DNA from: Octopus bimaculoides
Taxonomy: Eukaryota
Direction: 5' to 3'
NCBI RefSeq assembly: GCF_001194135.2
Contig: NC_068990.1
Location: 63,677,771 to 63,739,847, forward strand
DNA length: 62,077 nucleotides
In this document: piece by piece, positions 50,968-62,077 of the stretch
How positions within the stretch are numbered: position 1 is the stretch's first letter
Layout: each line of letters begins with the position of its first letter
Notes under the pieces: model-generated
The model's database searches: none
What the model was told of the DNA's origin: nothing
What the model saw: only the letters and a program-made list of their open reading frames with translations
Position numbers and translations under genes: made by a program

Positions 50968-51108
50968 NNNNNNNNNNNNNNNNNNNNNNNNNNNNNNNNN
51001 NNNNNNNNNNNNNNNNNNNNNNNNNNNNNNNNNNNNNNNNNNNNNNNNNNNNNNNNNNNNNNNNNNNNNNNNATATATTTGATGTATCTAATTTTATCCG
51101 CATAAATG

Positions 51109-51145
<37 letters not shown>

Positions 51146-51526
51146 CTGTATTTGTCTCCCCAACCATCGCTTAACAACCGGTGTTGGTGTGTTTACGTCT
51201 CCGTAACTTAGCGGTTCGGCAAAAGAGACTGATATAATAAGTACTAAGCTTGCAAAGAATAAGTCCTGCGAGTCGATTCGTTTAAAGGAGGTGCTCCAGC
51301 ATGGCCGCAGTCAGATGACTGAAACACGTAAAAGAATATATATATTCCGTTTATATATTTGTTTTGCAAGATTTTTTATGTGAAATCGTGTGTTGAAACA
51401 GATATTGTTGTATTTGGGGATGGTCATGATGCCAGTTTAGCCAATAAAAACACACGCACTGTATATTTGGTGTTAATTTGCTTCAGCTTTCTATTACATT
51501 ACATTACATTACATTAATCATATTTC

Positions 51527-51570
51527 GGCCAAGGTTCTTTCGTCACTCTTCTGTGACCTCATCAGTGGTC
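51527..51570 (-). ncRNA. Mirror hammerhead copy, probably inactivated
   Basis: GACCA CUGAUGA G GUCAC agaaga GUGAC GAAA GAACCU UGGCC; U16.1 replaced by C and one stem I mismatch. Confidence 0.55.
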
Positions 51571-51723
51571 CTTTGCTTTCTTCTTTTTTATGTGTGTCCT
51601 ACCTTGCTAACTATCAGCCATTTTGTATTTTGTATTCCTATTGCACAATAGGAATACAAAATACAAAATGGCTGATCGTTAGCAAGGAGGGACACGCATA
51701 TAAGAAAGAAGAAAGAAGCAAAG

Positions 51724-51767
51724 GACCACTGATGAGGTCACAGAAGTGTGACGAAAGAACTCTGGTC
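51724..51767 (+). ncRNA. Type I hammerhead ribozyme, intact catalytic core
   Basis: GACCA CUGAUGA G GUCAC agaagu GUGAC GAAA G aa C U C UGGUC: stem I 5 bp, stem II 5 bp, minimal stem III; predicted cleavage after 51762. Confidence 0.75.
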
Positions 51768-52682
51768 GAAATATGATTAATGTAATGTAATGTAATATAA
51801 AGCTGAAGCAAATTAACACCAAATATACAGTGCGTGTGTTTTTATTGGCTAAACTGGCAACATGACCATCCCCAAATACAACAACAATATATATATTCTT
51901 TTATATATATGCTGGAGCACCTCCTTTAAACGAATCGACTCCCAGGATTTATTCTTTGCAAGCTTAGTACTAATTCTATCGGTCTCTTGTGCCGAACCGC
52001 TAAGTTACGGGGAAGTAAACACACCAACACCGGTTGTCAAGCGATTGTTGGAGAGACAAACACAGACACACAAATACACACACNNNNNNNNNNNNNNNNN
52101 NNNNNNNNNNNNNNNNNNNNNNNNNNNNNNNNNNNNNNNNNNNNNNNNNNNNNNNNNNNNNNNNNNNNNNNNNNNNNNNNNNNNNNNNNNNNNNNNNNNN
52201 NNNNNNNNNNNNNNNNNNNNNNNNNNNNNNNNNNNNNNNNNNNNNNNNNNNNNNNNNNNNNNNNNNNNNNNNNNNNNNNNNNNNNNNNNNNNNNNNNNNN
52301 NNNNNNNNNNNNNNNNNNNNNNNNNNNNNNNNNNNNNNNNNNNNNNNNNNNNNNNNNNNNNNNNNNNNNNNNNNNNNNNNNNNNNNNNNNNNNNNNNNNN
52401 NNNNNNNNNNNNNNNNNNNNNNNNNNNNNNNNNNNNNNNNNNNNNNNNNNNNNNNNNNNNNNNNNNNNNNNNNNNNNNNNNNNNNNNNNNNNNNNNNNNN
52501 NNNNNNNNNNNNNNNNNNNNNNNNNNNNNNNNNNNNNNNNNNNNNNNNNNNNNNNNNNNNNNNNNNNNNNNNNNNNNNNNNNNNNNNNNNNNNNNNNNNN
52601 NNNNNNNNNNNNNNNNNNNNNNNNNNNNNNNNNNNNNNNNNNNNNNNNNNNNNNNNNNNNNNNNNNNNNNNNNNNNNNNNNN

Positions 52683-52743
<61 letters not shown>

Positions 52744-53317
52744 AATTTTTCTCTTAACAACAACAGCAACACCAACAATTTATCATTATATTGAAAGTCA
52801 TTTTTATAGTAGGTGTAGTGTTGCTTTTATGTTGAAAGACACACAGAAACAGACAGAGAGGCACGCACACACACACACACATACACACACACAAATACTC
52901 ACACACACGCGCGCGCGCGCACGAATAAACAACCCCCAAAAAATAACCATCTATATTGTTATATAGCGAATGTCTTTTTTTGTGAAGCTCTGTTACGTTG
53001 CATTGTCTCTAAGTTGAAAGGCATACAGAAACAAGCGCTCGCATACGCACAACCAAATAATAACTGTCTATATGATGAAAGTCTTTTTTTTTTAAACTAC
53101 TGCGCTGTGTCGACAAATTTGCATATAAAATTCCCACGTTTTTGATCAAAACTTGTTAATATGGTGACAACGCTACCAATCTATCTATCTTTTACATACA
53201 TGCACACACACACACTCTCTCTCTCTCAACAACTTTTTCTCTTCTCCCTTTCGTCTAAATATAGGTTGTAACATATATTTTGATTCCACCTCTTCTTTCC
53301 TTTCCTCTAATAGATAT

Positions 53318-53373
53318 TGTGACGGACAGACAGGCAGACGGACGTTCGCTTCTCTTTTATAATATAAGAAGAT
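53318..53373 (-). mobile_element. Possible non-autonomous Helitron-type 5' end
   Basis: Minus strand atcttcttatattataaaagagaagcgaacgtccgtctgcctgtctgtccgtcac resembles recalled TC-start, (CTGT)n-bearing Helitron heads; no 3' end found. Confidence 0.3.
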
Positions 53374-53637
53374 TAAAAAATTCAAAACAGTAATTAATTA
53401 CTAAGTACGCTTAAAAATTATCAAAATCATTGAAAATTGAATAAGCTAATTTGTTTGAGAGAACTACGGAAACAAATCTTCTAAATCAATTTTTCAGTTA
53501 TTCCAAATGCCAAAAAAAAAAAAAGAAATTGCATTAATTCGACTAAAGAAAAAAAACTCTCCGTCCTGATATCATTTATCATCCCGTTAAATACCGTCAG
53601 AAGGAGAACAATTTCGAAATGCATGTAACTTCTCTTT

Positions 53638-54504
53638 NNNNNNNNNNNNNNNNNNNNNNNNNNNNNNNNNNNNNNNNNNNNNNNNNNNNNNNNNNNNNNN
53701 NNNNNNNNNNNNNNNNNNNNNNNNNNNNNNNNNNNNNNNNNNNNNNNNNNNNNNNNNNNNNNNNNNNNNNNNNNNNNNNNNNNNNNNNNNNNNNNNNNNN
53801 NNNNNNNNNNNNNNNNNNNNNNNNNNNNNNNNNNNNNNNNNNNNNNNNNNNNNNNNNNNNNNNNNNNNNNNNNNNNNNNNNNNNNNNNNNNNNNNNNNNN
53901 NNNNNNNNNNNNNNNNNNNNNNNNNNNNNNNNNNNNNNNNNNNNNNNNNNNNNNNNNNNNNNNNNNNNNNNNNNNNNNNNNNNNNNNNNNNNNNNNNNNN
54001 NNNNNNNNNNNNNNNNNNNNNNNNNNNNNNNNNNNNNNNNNNNNNNNNNNNNNNNNNNNNNNNNNNNNNNNNNNNNNNNNNNNNNNNNNNNNNNNNNNNN
54101 NNNNNNNNNNNNNNNNNNNNNNNNNNNNNNNNNNNNNNNNNNNNNNNNNNNNNNNNNNNNNNNNNNNNNNNNNNNNNNNNNNNNNNNNNNNNNNNNNNNN
54201 NNNNNNNNNNNNNNNNNNNNNNNNNNNNNNNNNNNNNNNNNNNNNNNNNNNNNNNNNNNNNNNNNNNNNNNNNNNNNNNNNNNNNNNNNNNNNNNNNNNN
54301 NNNNNNNNNNNNNNNNNNNNNNNNNNNNNNNNNNNNNNNNNNNNNNNNNNNNNNNNNNNNNNNNNNNNNNNNNNNNNNNNNNNNNNNNNNNNNNNNNNNN
54401 NNNNNNNNNNNNNNNNNNNNNNNNNNNNNNNNNNNNNNNNNNNNNNNNNNNNNNNNNNNNNNNNNNNNNNNNNNNNNNNNNNNNNNNNNNNNNNNNNNNN
54501 NNNN
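53638..54504. other. Largest assembly gap (N run); many others present, mostly flanked by microsatellites
   Basis: N run. Confidence 0.99.
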
Positions 54505-54601
54505 TTTTAGCCCCAGGAGGACATCTCCTCCAGCTGGCTTATCGACACACTACTGTGGAGGAGATAAGCCAGCTGGAGGAGATGTCCTCCTGGGGCTAAA
54601 A
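54505..54601. repeat. Perfect 39-bp inverted repeat with 19-nt spacer, abutting a gap
   Basis: ttttagccccaggaggacatctcctccagctggcttatc (54505-54543) / gataagccagctggaggagatgtcctcctggggctaaaa (54563-54601). Confidence 0.95.
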
Positions 54602-55099
54602 GCAACAGTAACATCCACCCCTAGGGGTCAGCCACACTTAAGTGGCAATATACTTCACTTTATCGTGCAGTTACTGTTAATACTTCATTTAGAGAATTAA
54701 CATTACTTGCTATTTAGTTTAGAGAAAAACTGTTGGGAGTGACAAATGTTGCAATGATCTAAATAATCTACTTATGTCATACTGTAACATGAAAGTTCTC
54801 GAAGACAAAATTTATGATAGATTTTGAAATATTTGGAAATGTTTGTATGCTTCTTTGCTTGCTTCCTGCTCTTGCTTGATGGGGTAGGATCATCCCAAGT
54901 TAGTGGTCCCTGAGGCATTATCATGCATAGATCCGACCAGGTCCACCCGTGCTCTTCGTCACTGGTAGTCCCGTGCCAGCTCCTCTGCATCTTCCGTTTT
55001 TTAAATGAAAGAGAGCTGAACCGTGCTCGACCGCCGTTGCCACGGAACCCTTCTCCACTTCTCGTTCGAAAAGACTTATAATTAGATGCGAATAAAAGA

Positions 55100-56170
55100 C
55101 AGACAGAACATTCAGCAGCACAAGGACGAAGTTAAACGAAACTGAATTATTCTGCGACGGTTGAGTGATGCAGATATTTTGTTAAGTCGTCAGATATAAC
55201 CCTTTTGGGGGTTCTTTTGAATCCGAAGAATAATAATTACGATAATTATAAAGAACTCTTATATCTAATCAGTAAGTATGCTGAAAAATTGACAAGCCAT
55301 CTAGATACAGCCTCTGTTTCCTCAGGTTTCTTAAACAGAATTCAAAATGACTTGATCGATGCGATGTAAAAGATTATGTTGAATGAAATAGAAAATGAAC
55401 TTAAACAGGCAAAGTTATAACTATTTTTGTTGACGAAGTGTTCTGATGGATCGAACTATTCACGACTGTCAACAGTTTAATGTTATGTTATAAAAGATTG
55501 TGTTACAAAAGAATGAGTTGTCGGTTTCAACGATATCAGTGCAGAACTTGCCGCAAATGCTTTATCTGAAGACGTGTTTAAATTATTGAAACATGAAAGT
55601 TTGAAAACAAGTTAATTGCACAAAGCTATGATTGTGTTGCTACAATAGCAAGACAATTAAATGGTTTGCAGTCAAAGACAATGGAGTAATCAGAATGTAC
55701 AGTCGGTATTCATTATTGTCCTCAAGTACTAAATTTAGTTCTTTCACCTGTATACTTTGCTACAAAAGAATGCAAGATATTTTTGTCTACAATAGATGGA
55801 TTGGGCACGTTTTTTGGGGTTTTTTTTTTGTGAAACACCCCAGAGCCAATGCGTAGATAATACTGCTAAAAAAATGATTTTCCAGAGCCACAGTAATGAG
55901 ATGGAATTACGCCTTACGTCTTTTTATTACAACAAAAGGAAATTGTCATTTCCTAATCAGTTTTTTTTTTGAAGACATCTTTGAAAATCCTAAAGCATGA
56001 GTTGAGACCACTATTAATTCTGCAACTAGATTTATACACCTTGATTTCTTATTTTTATTAGCAGTATTTAGTGATGTATTTTCCTTCACTGAGGTCTTAT
56101 TTAACATCCTTCAGACAATATGATTCTACTCTTCGTTGCGTCATAAACACCTTTTCCTCTTAAACGTCAC
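55100..56170 (+). mobile_element. hAT-superfamily transposase remnant (DUF4371/ZMYM1-like)
   Basis: LSRQ, NYKELLYLISKY, NRIQNDLIDAM, IFVDE, AQSYDCVATIARQLNGLQSK, FIHYCPQVLNLVLS, RWNY, FLFLLAVFSDVF...LFNILQ. Confidence 0.85.
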
Positions 56171-56174
56171 AAAC

Positions 56175-56249
<75 letters not shown>

Positions 56250-56949
56250 TCATTAGAATACATATTTGCATGTCTGTCAAGATTCCTTTCAATCTTGCAA
56301 AGAAGCAAGATTTGAAATCAATGAAATTGAAATGCGAAAATGAGTAGTGGTGTCAGACGTGGCATGGAGACCATCATATAATTTGTTTCTTTCTTCTCTT
56401 TCGTTTTATTTTAACATGCACATTGCGTTTTTATTCTTCTCTTGTGTTTTACGAATCCAGTGTGCACATGCACATTGCATGTTCATATTTCTCTTTCTGG
56501 TTCCTACTCAAAACTGTTTATAGATCACAAGCATCTCACGAACGCATGTTCGTGAGGGGCGATTCGTGCTCCGATGGTTGTGAAAAAGTGATTATGATGA
56601 TGACTACGACACTTTCACTTAACTCAGTCTCTACTCTGTCGTCACATCTGACGATCGTAATCAATTACACAAGGTGTATAAAGTTACTCTCGATGTGTAT
56701 GGAAAAGTTTTTAATTTGTATTAAGACTTATATTCATATCAAGTAATTTTGCCTAAATCTTAGCTCAGAATATATATTTCCTGTTGGGTATAATAGTTTT
56801 GCAAACTGTGTCCTATTTAACTAGATTGTGGAAAACATGAGCCTGTTACCCACTGTGGGGATTCACTAGTTATTTTATTGCTTAATGCATGAATGATCAT
56901 GATTTTTCCAGTAAAATATATGTATGTGTGCTTATAAAAGTGTGTATGT

Positions 56950-57318
56950 TCCGTTGAACGATCGGGAGGCCCCTAAGCTTTGTGGTGAACATGTTTGTGA
57001 AAAGCATCCTCAGTAGAAACCAAGACTATGATTCAAGGACTGTGCAATCTTCAATGAAAGCACGAGAAAAATGGGAGATCAATTAAGAAAACAATGCTTG
57101 ACATTGCCACCAATGGAGGAAACAAAAAAAGCAAGGAATGGGTATTTTCGGAAAAGCACATTTTTCATACAGTATTTAAGCGAGCTGCATTAAAATACAC
57201 TATCGATGTAATGAACGGGGAAAGCTTGGTCTGCAGTATCTGCGGACGTGTATCGAGAGCTGGGCTCATCAGTCACCAACGGAGCCACAAATGTAAAGGA
57301 AAAAGTTTAAGCGCATAA
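56950..57318 (+). mobile_element. RTE-clade LINE 3' end, same family as 46300-46622
   Basis: KPRL*FKDC...FKRAALK...MNGESLVCSICGRVSRAGLISHQRSHKCK*. Confidence 0.85.
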
Positions 57319-57708
57319 TGGTCTGTGACGGTTGTTTTTTATGTTAACATCCGCTGGGCAGCTAATTTCCACAACTGTGCACTGTTTCTCTTCTCTATTC
57401 CAAATCATTATATCAGGTCTGTTGAGCTTACATTTTATTGAGGTTTTCACTGGGCCATTCCAACAGTACTCGTTTTAATTATGAGTGGCTATCGCTTCTA
57501 CCATACTGTGGGTTCTTATTTCTTTGTCCTCGGGATTATCCTTCCGACAGATTTCATTATATATNNNNNNNNNNNNNNNNNNNNNNNNNNNNNNNNNNNN
57601 NNNNNNNNNNNNNNNNNNNNNNNNNNNNNNNNNNNNNNNNNNNNNNNNNNNNNNNNNNNNNNNNNNNNNNNNNNNNNNNNNNNNNNNNNNNNNNNNNNNN
57701 NNNNNNNN

Positions 57709-57862
57709 TAGGAAGCCAGACCGCTTCTTATTAGGCCTTGACACATTTCCTGTGCCCTTATCCTTTTCCTGTGCCCTTATCCTTTTCCTGTGCCCTTATC
57801 CTCGTAAGGATAAGGGCACAGGAAATGTGTCAAGGCCTAATAGGAAGCGGTCTGGCTTCCTA
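57709..57862. repeat. 57-bp inverted repeat (1 mismatch) with an internal 19-bp tandem triplication, abutting a gap
   Basis: Arms 57709-57765 / 57806-57862; ttcctgtgcccttatcct(t) at 57747, 57766 and 57785. Confidence 0.95.
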
Positions 57863-58008
57863 GGGCTAAACAGCAGTAGTATATTCCCTTATTGGGACTG
57901 TCACGTTAAGTTGGCAGTATACAACTACTTTATCGCATCACTACTGCTTAAGTCTCTCTGAGAGATTTAGAAATTCATTATTTCTAATATATATATATAT
58001 ATATATAT

Positions 58009-58410
58009 TCAAGGCTCATTCGCTGGAATTTCAGCATCAACAGAATATGTATGTATGTATGTATGCTCTCTTTCTCTTTTTAATTAGGAGCAAATTTTGA
58101 CTGGTCACGTACTTGGTAGTAAGATTGTGAAGGAAAGCATCTTGTTTTAACCATCATACTTTAAATCTTGAGAAGGTCTTGCAGATTTTTATAGTCCCTG
58201 ATATTGTGATCTTTTGCAAAGTATGAATTAAGGATTTGCATTCTCTACCCAGGAACACAAGTTCAGCCATACTTTGTTCCAGAAGTGATGGTATGTACCC
58301 TGATGTTCCAATATTAATAGGTAAGAAGCTGAAAGTGTATCTTGGGTACTGAATTTGCAAACTGTTTATCAATGGTCCATAAATATTCTCCGTTGACGCT
58401 TTCGAAACCT
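58009..58410 (-). mobile_element. R4/Dong-like RLE LINE 3' end, same family as 9772-10500, with UTR containing (CATA)n
   Basis: SLQIQYPRYTFSFLPINIGTSGYIP...LQKITISGTIKICKTF...* is collinear with 9780-9930. Confidence 0.85.
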
Positions 58411-58536
58411 TTGTTCAAACGGTAAGCACCTTCCATATAATAAAAACAATATTTTATTCTACATTAGAATATATTGAGCCCTTGTGTACATTCTCTCCTT
58501 CAACCCCGCGTAAAAGTAACTCTATGGTACGCGCAC

Positions 58537-58569
<33 letters not shown>

Positions 58570-59347
58570 ATCATATATATAATACATACATACATACATA
58601 CAGTTACATTCATGTGCGCACACATACATACATAGGTACATACATACATACAGACATACATGCCTGTGTTGTGTATGTGTGAGCATGCGAGTGCCTGTGA
58701 GTGAGTGAGTGAGTGAGTGAGTGAGTGAGAAAGAGGTCTTTCTCTTCAGCCGTATAACTTTTAAGAACAAGAATTAATGGATGTATGCATCTATGCATGC
58801 AATAATGCCTGAACATATTCATCTTTGCAGCAATCAATTTGAAAGAGATATTGTATCGTAAAATTCTACGCGACTAGTTTTCCCCCATTTTAAAATTCTC
58901 AACACGAAATACTTTACTTTGATTTCAAATCTATGACTAGAAAGTTTCTGCTCACTGGCAATCAGTCTATAACTATGTCTGAACTCACTAATGCATCAAT
59001 CACTTATACTTTTGATTGAGTGATTCATGTCAATGGAGACATTTCGTTCGGAATCTTACGACACACAAAAACATTTTGTAAAGAAGTGAAGCTTCTACAG
59101 AAGATAATCCTCTACAGTTGTTCTCCTCCAACTTCTAGTTTAACACTTTCAAGTTATGTAGTTGGTCGGTAATGGTTATTCCAGTCATTGTTTAAGTTGT
59201 ATTAATCTGTGGTCAATGGGATAAACGAGATTTTTTAAAAGTAGTTTCTAACTAATTATTGTTGCTTTTTACCCACTTAACGTGGATGTTCTGTTAGAAC
59301 AAAGTGGGCATTTAAGTGGGCGTTTAAGTGGCGTTAAGTGGGCGGAA

Positions 59348-59622
59348 AGGCCGCTAAGCATTTTAATCGGCGTGCTAACGATTCTGTCAACACTTCACCT
59401 TCATTAATAAGTAACATTAGTCTCACATATTGATTTCAAATTTTGACACAAAGCCAACAAGTTTGTAGGGGAGGTTAAATCGATTACATCGACCCCAGTA
59501 CTCAACTGGTGCTTATTTTATCGATCCCGAAAGGATAAAAGGAAAAGTCGACTCCGGTGGAATTCGAACTCAAAACGTAAAGAAGGACGAAATGCCGCTA
59601 AGCATTTTAACCGGCGTGCTAA
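59348..59622 (-). mobile_element. SINE family B plus a duplicated head segment
   Basis: Body 59431-59622; ccgctaagcattttaa(t/c)cggcgtgctaa repeated at 59351 and 59595. Confidence 0.85.
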
Positions 59623-59965
59623 TTTATTAGCTACATACTGCTTCTGTCGCTAACAAACTTTGTGTTTTTTGTTGTTTTTTTTTGTTAACAAAGGTCTGAC
59701 CAGTAGCTACCTACTTCCTGATAATTATATCTACAGTTATATAGCATGTTTTACTATACACACGTCAAATATATTTAAAAAACTGTAAAACTTCCGATTA
59801 AAACGGAAGACTGTTTAATTATAAAATATTTTGTGAAATATTCTAATTTCTAAGCATTGAAATATATTATACAATGTAGAATTATTTTTTGTACAATAGA
59901 TAAACTTATATGCATCCATATTATGCATATATGATATTGTTTTTTTTTCTTTCTTTTTTTTTCAC

Positions 59966-60146
59966 TTTTTACTTTGTTCATTCATTGGATTGCACCCATA
60001 TTGTGACACCGCCTTGAAGTGTTTAGTCAAACAAATCGACCCTAGTACTTATTTTTTTAAAAGCCTTTCGGTCTCTTATATCGAACCGCTAAATTACGGA
60101 AGCATAAACAAAGACCAGTCATCAAACAGTGTGTGGGAGACGAACA

Positions 60147-60186
<40 letters not shown>

Positions 60187-60372
60187 CACGCGCGTGTGTG
60201 TGTATATGACGGGTTTCCACACAGTTTCCTACTACCAAATACACTCGCGAAGCATTGACCGGCTTGTAGCTATAATAGAAGACATTTACTCGTGGTGTCG
60301 CACAGAGAGATTGAACCCGAAACCACATGATTGCAAAGCGAGCTTCTTAATCATACAGCCATGCCTGCGCCT
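59966..60372 (-). mobile_element. SINE family A, diverged full-length copy with internal (CA)n
   Basis: Head catacagccatgcctgcgcct, B-box region ttgaacccgaaaccacatg, tail gacaccgccttgaag. Confidence 0.85.
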
Positions 60373-60559
60373 ATATAGTGAAACAACTCCAGAATAACAG
60401 TCGTAATTAGTTTAATCGTAGCCAAATTCCTAAACTAAACGTGAGAATGCCAATTGAATAGCTGTTATATATTTACAGAAATTCCGCTATCTACTCTTAG
60501 TAATAAGAAAGTCCATTATTGCAAGGATATCAAGTACACCATCCAATAAAGTAACAATA

Positions 60560-61780
60560 TACAAAACACAGTCCTATCCTCCAGAAATGAACACTGTGAC
60601 ACGCCAGAGTTGGTAAGATGTGGGTCAATATGTGCTACATATCAAACTCCGCAGTACGATCTGATTCGAAGCCAATGAGCAAAGAGATAAGAGATGGGAA
60701 GAAGATGGTGCCTGCCTTTAATGCGCATAGTTTTGACAGGGGATTCGTATGCCAGGCCTGATCGAAAGCTCTGCAGCTGTTAAAAGTAATGATACTGCTT
60801 CCACTAGATTTCTCTTGTGTTCGAGCTCACAGGTGAAAGATTAAAAGATCGTAGATTTGTTGCAGGCTTAGCTTTACGAAAGACTTACTGAAGGACATTA
60901 AGTATAGAATGTTTCTTATTAATAACTGTCAGCACTTCATTGAAGCATCATAATTGAGTACGATTTTACGATAGTTCGCAGGACTCAAGGGTTTCCTTTC
61001 TGGGAGAATGAGACGCGCTGCATTGTGTTTCCAAAGACTGGGATATGTATTCGTGTATAGTGATAGAGAGAAAGAAGTATTTGATGGGAATATGAACTTG
61101 CTCTAGGAAGTATGGATTGAGTCATGGAAGTGTCATTGCAGAGGCTGGTAGCACTAATTTAAAGTGGCTGAAAATGTTTATAATCTTAGCATTTAATTTT
61201 GATTTGAGAAAGAGGTCAATGTTGTTTGAAATGTTTGCATGTCAGTTATAGGGATGTTGGCCGAAGATGAATCAAGTTAATGAAGGCAATCGAAAAGTGT
61301 AAAAGATTCGGATTCTATACCAGCTGCAAAAATATGTAATGAGGTTGAGAGCTATGAAGGGTTGTGACCATTGCAGTCACTGAGAACAATGATCTTAGAC
61401 AGGGATGAAGTGCAAAAGGTTTACTTAATACAGAAAGATTTCTTGGCGATCTGAAGATTTTGCAAGGTAGTAGAGAGAGAGAGAATTGTAGGGTGGAGAG
61501 AAAAGGGGAGAAAAGGGGAGAAAAGGGAGGGAGAGAATCTAAGCCAGAGTAAGAGGAAACCGTAGTTGTCGATATTCACGTGTGAAATCTACATATGAGA
61601 AGATACCATTTCTCGGAACGAATCTTTCGAAAAGAGTTCAACCTAAACAGCAGATATACACTAGAGGTAGAATTTCAGATATTTGTGTTTCGGAGAAACG
61701 CAGGGGAAATATGGTTAGGAGATTGCCTTTAAATAAGAGACCGCGATGGATCTACGTTAGGTCGAAGTACATAGATGCTA
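60560..61780 (-). mobile_element. Decayed CR1/L2-group LINE ORF2 (APE endonuclease plus RT, internally deleted)
   Basis: SETQISE, GIFSYVD, KIIVLSDCNGHN, NIDLFLKS, WKH...PANYRKI, AFDQAWH..LSKL, NSGVSQCSFL in the correct order. Confidence 0.78.
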
Positions 61781-62046
61781 CAAATGATGCTAGAATGCAA
61801 AATTCCAGTGGGTTTAGTTCTGTTTGTTTGCTTTTTTTTTCTTTTGAAGCGTCTTCACAAATTGATAAGAGTGACAATGCATCGAGATGTCATGGAAATC
61901 GTGGAGCGGAACTGTTGTTCAAATGGCTGCAACAGAGCGAATCGATAAAGGCACTCGTTCACCAAACAGTGTTTGATAAATTAAGCTGCATCATTTACAT
62001 ACAACACAAATATAATATAATTATGCGCGCATGCATACATGCATGC

Positions 62047-62077
<31 letters not shown>

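Larger units (their letters stand above)
51110..52083. repeat. ~1-kb diverged palindrome (SINE A 3' half plus pLTR-like core in each arm), centre 51644/51645
   Basis: 51402-51643 is the reverse complement of 51646-51890; the flanking SINE halves are also inverted copies sharing private variants. Confidence 0.93.

Noticed and set aside
56535-56556. 9-bp perfect hairpin ctcacgaac-gcat-gttcgtgag
   Set aside because: Short, isolated, with no CTRR Helitron end or other context.
1-62077. CRISPR arrays, rRNA, prokaryotic operons or contamination
   Set aside because: No regularly spaced repeat-spacer arrays, rRNA-like sequence or gene-dense segments; content is uniformly eukaryotic repeat DNA.

Overview
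AT-rich, microsatellite-dense, gap-ridden animal genomic DNA (draft assembly). The repeat content looks like a coleoid cephalopod, probably Octopus; this is inferred from recalled SINE families and was not checked. I could not identify any intact host protein-coding gene, and almost all ORF-track entries are translations of microsatellites or N-gaps. The window is a transposon graveyard. It holds three tRNA-derived SINE families (called A, B, C here) and one unclassified repeat (D). DNA transposons include Tc1/mariner remnants (three internally deleted DD37D/maT-like copies, two mariner, two DUF4817-type, one Tc1) and a hAT remnant. Retroelements include RTE, CR1/L2-group and R4/Dong-like LINE remnants and several Penelope-like element (PLE) remnants. 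The most notable structures are: (1) a ~1-kb near-spacerless palindrome carrying an intact-core type I hammerhead ribozyme; (2) a PLE GIY-YIG endonuclease with a ~150-aa low-complexity insert between its GIY and YIG motifs, followed by a decayed hammerhead; (3) a 25-bp inverted-repeat element enclosing degenerate TTAGGG repeats; (4) a LINE 3' end that shares its tail with SINE family A; (5) two mutually homologous long hairpins abutting assembly gaps.
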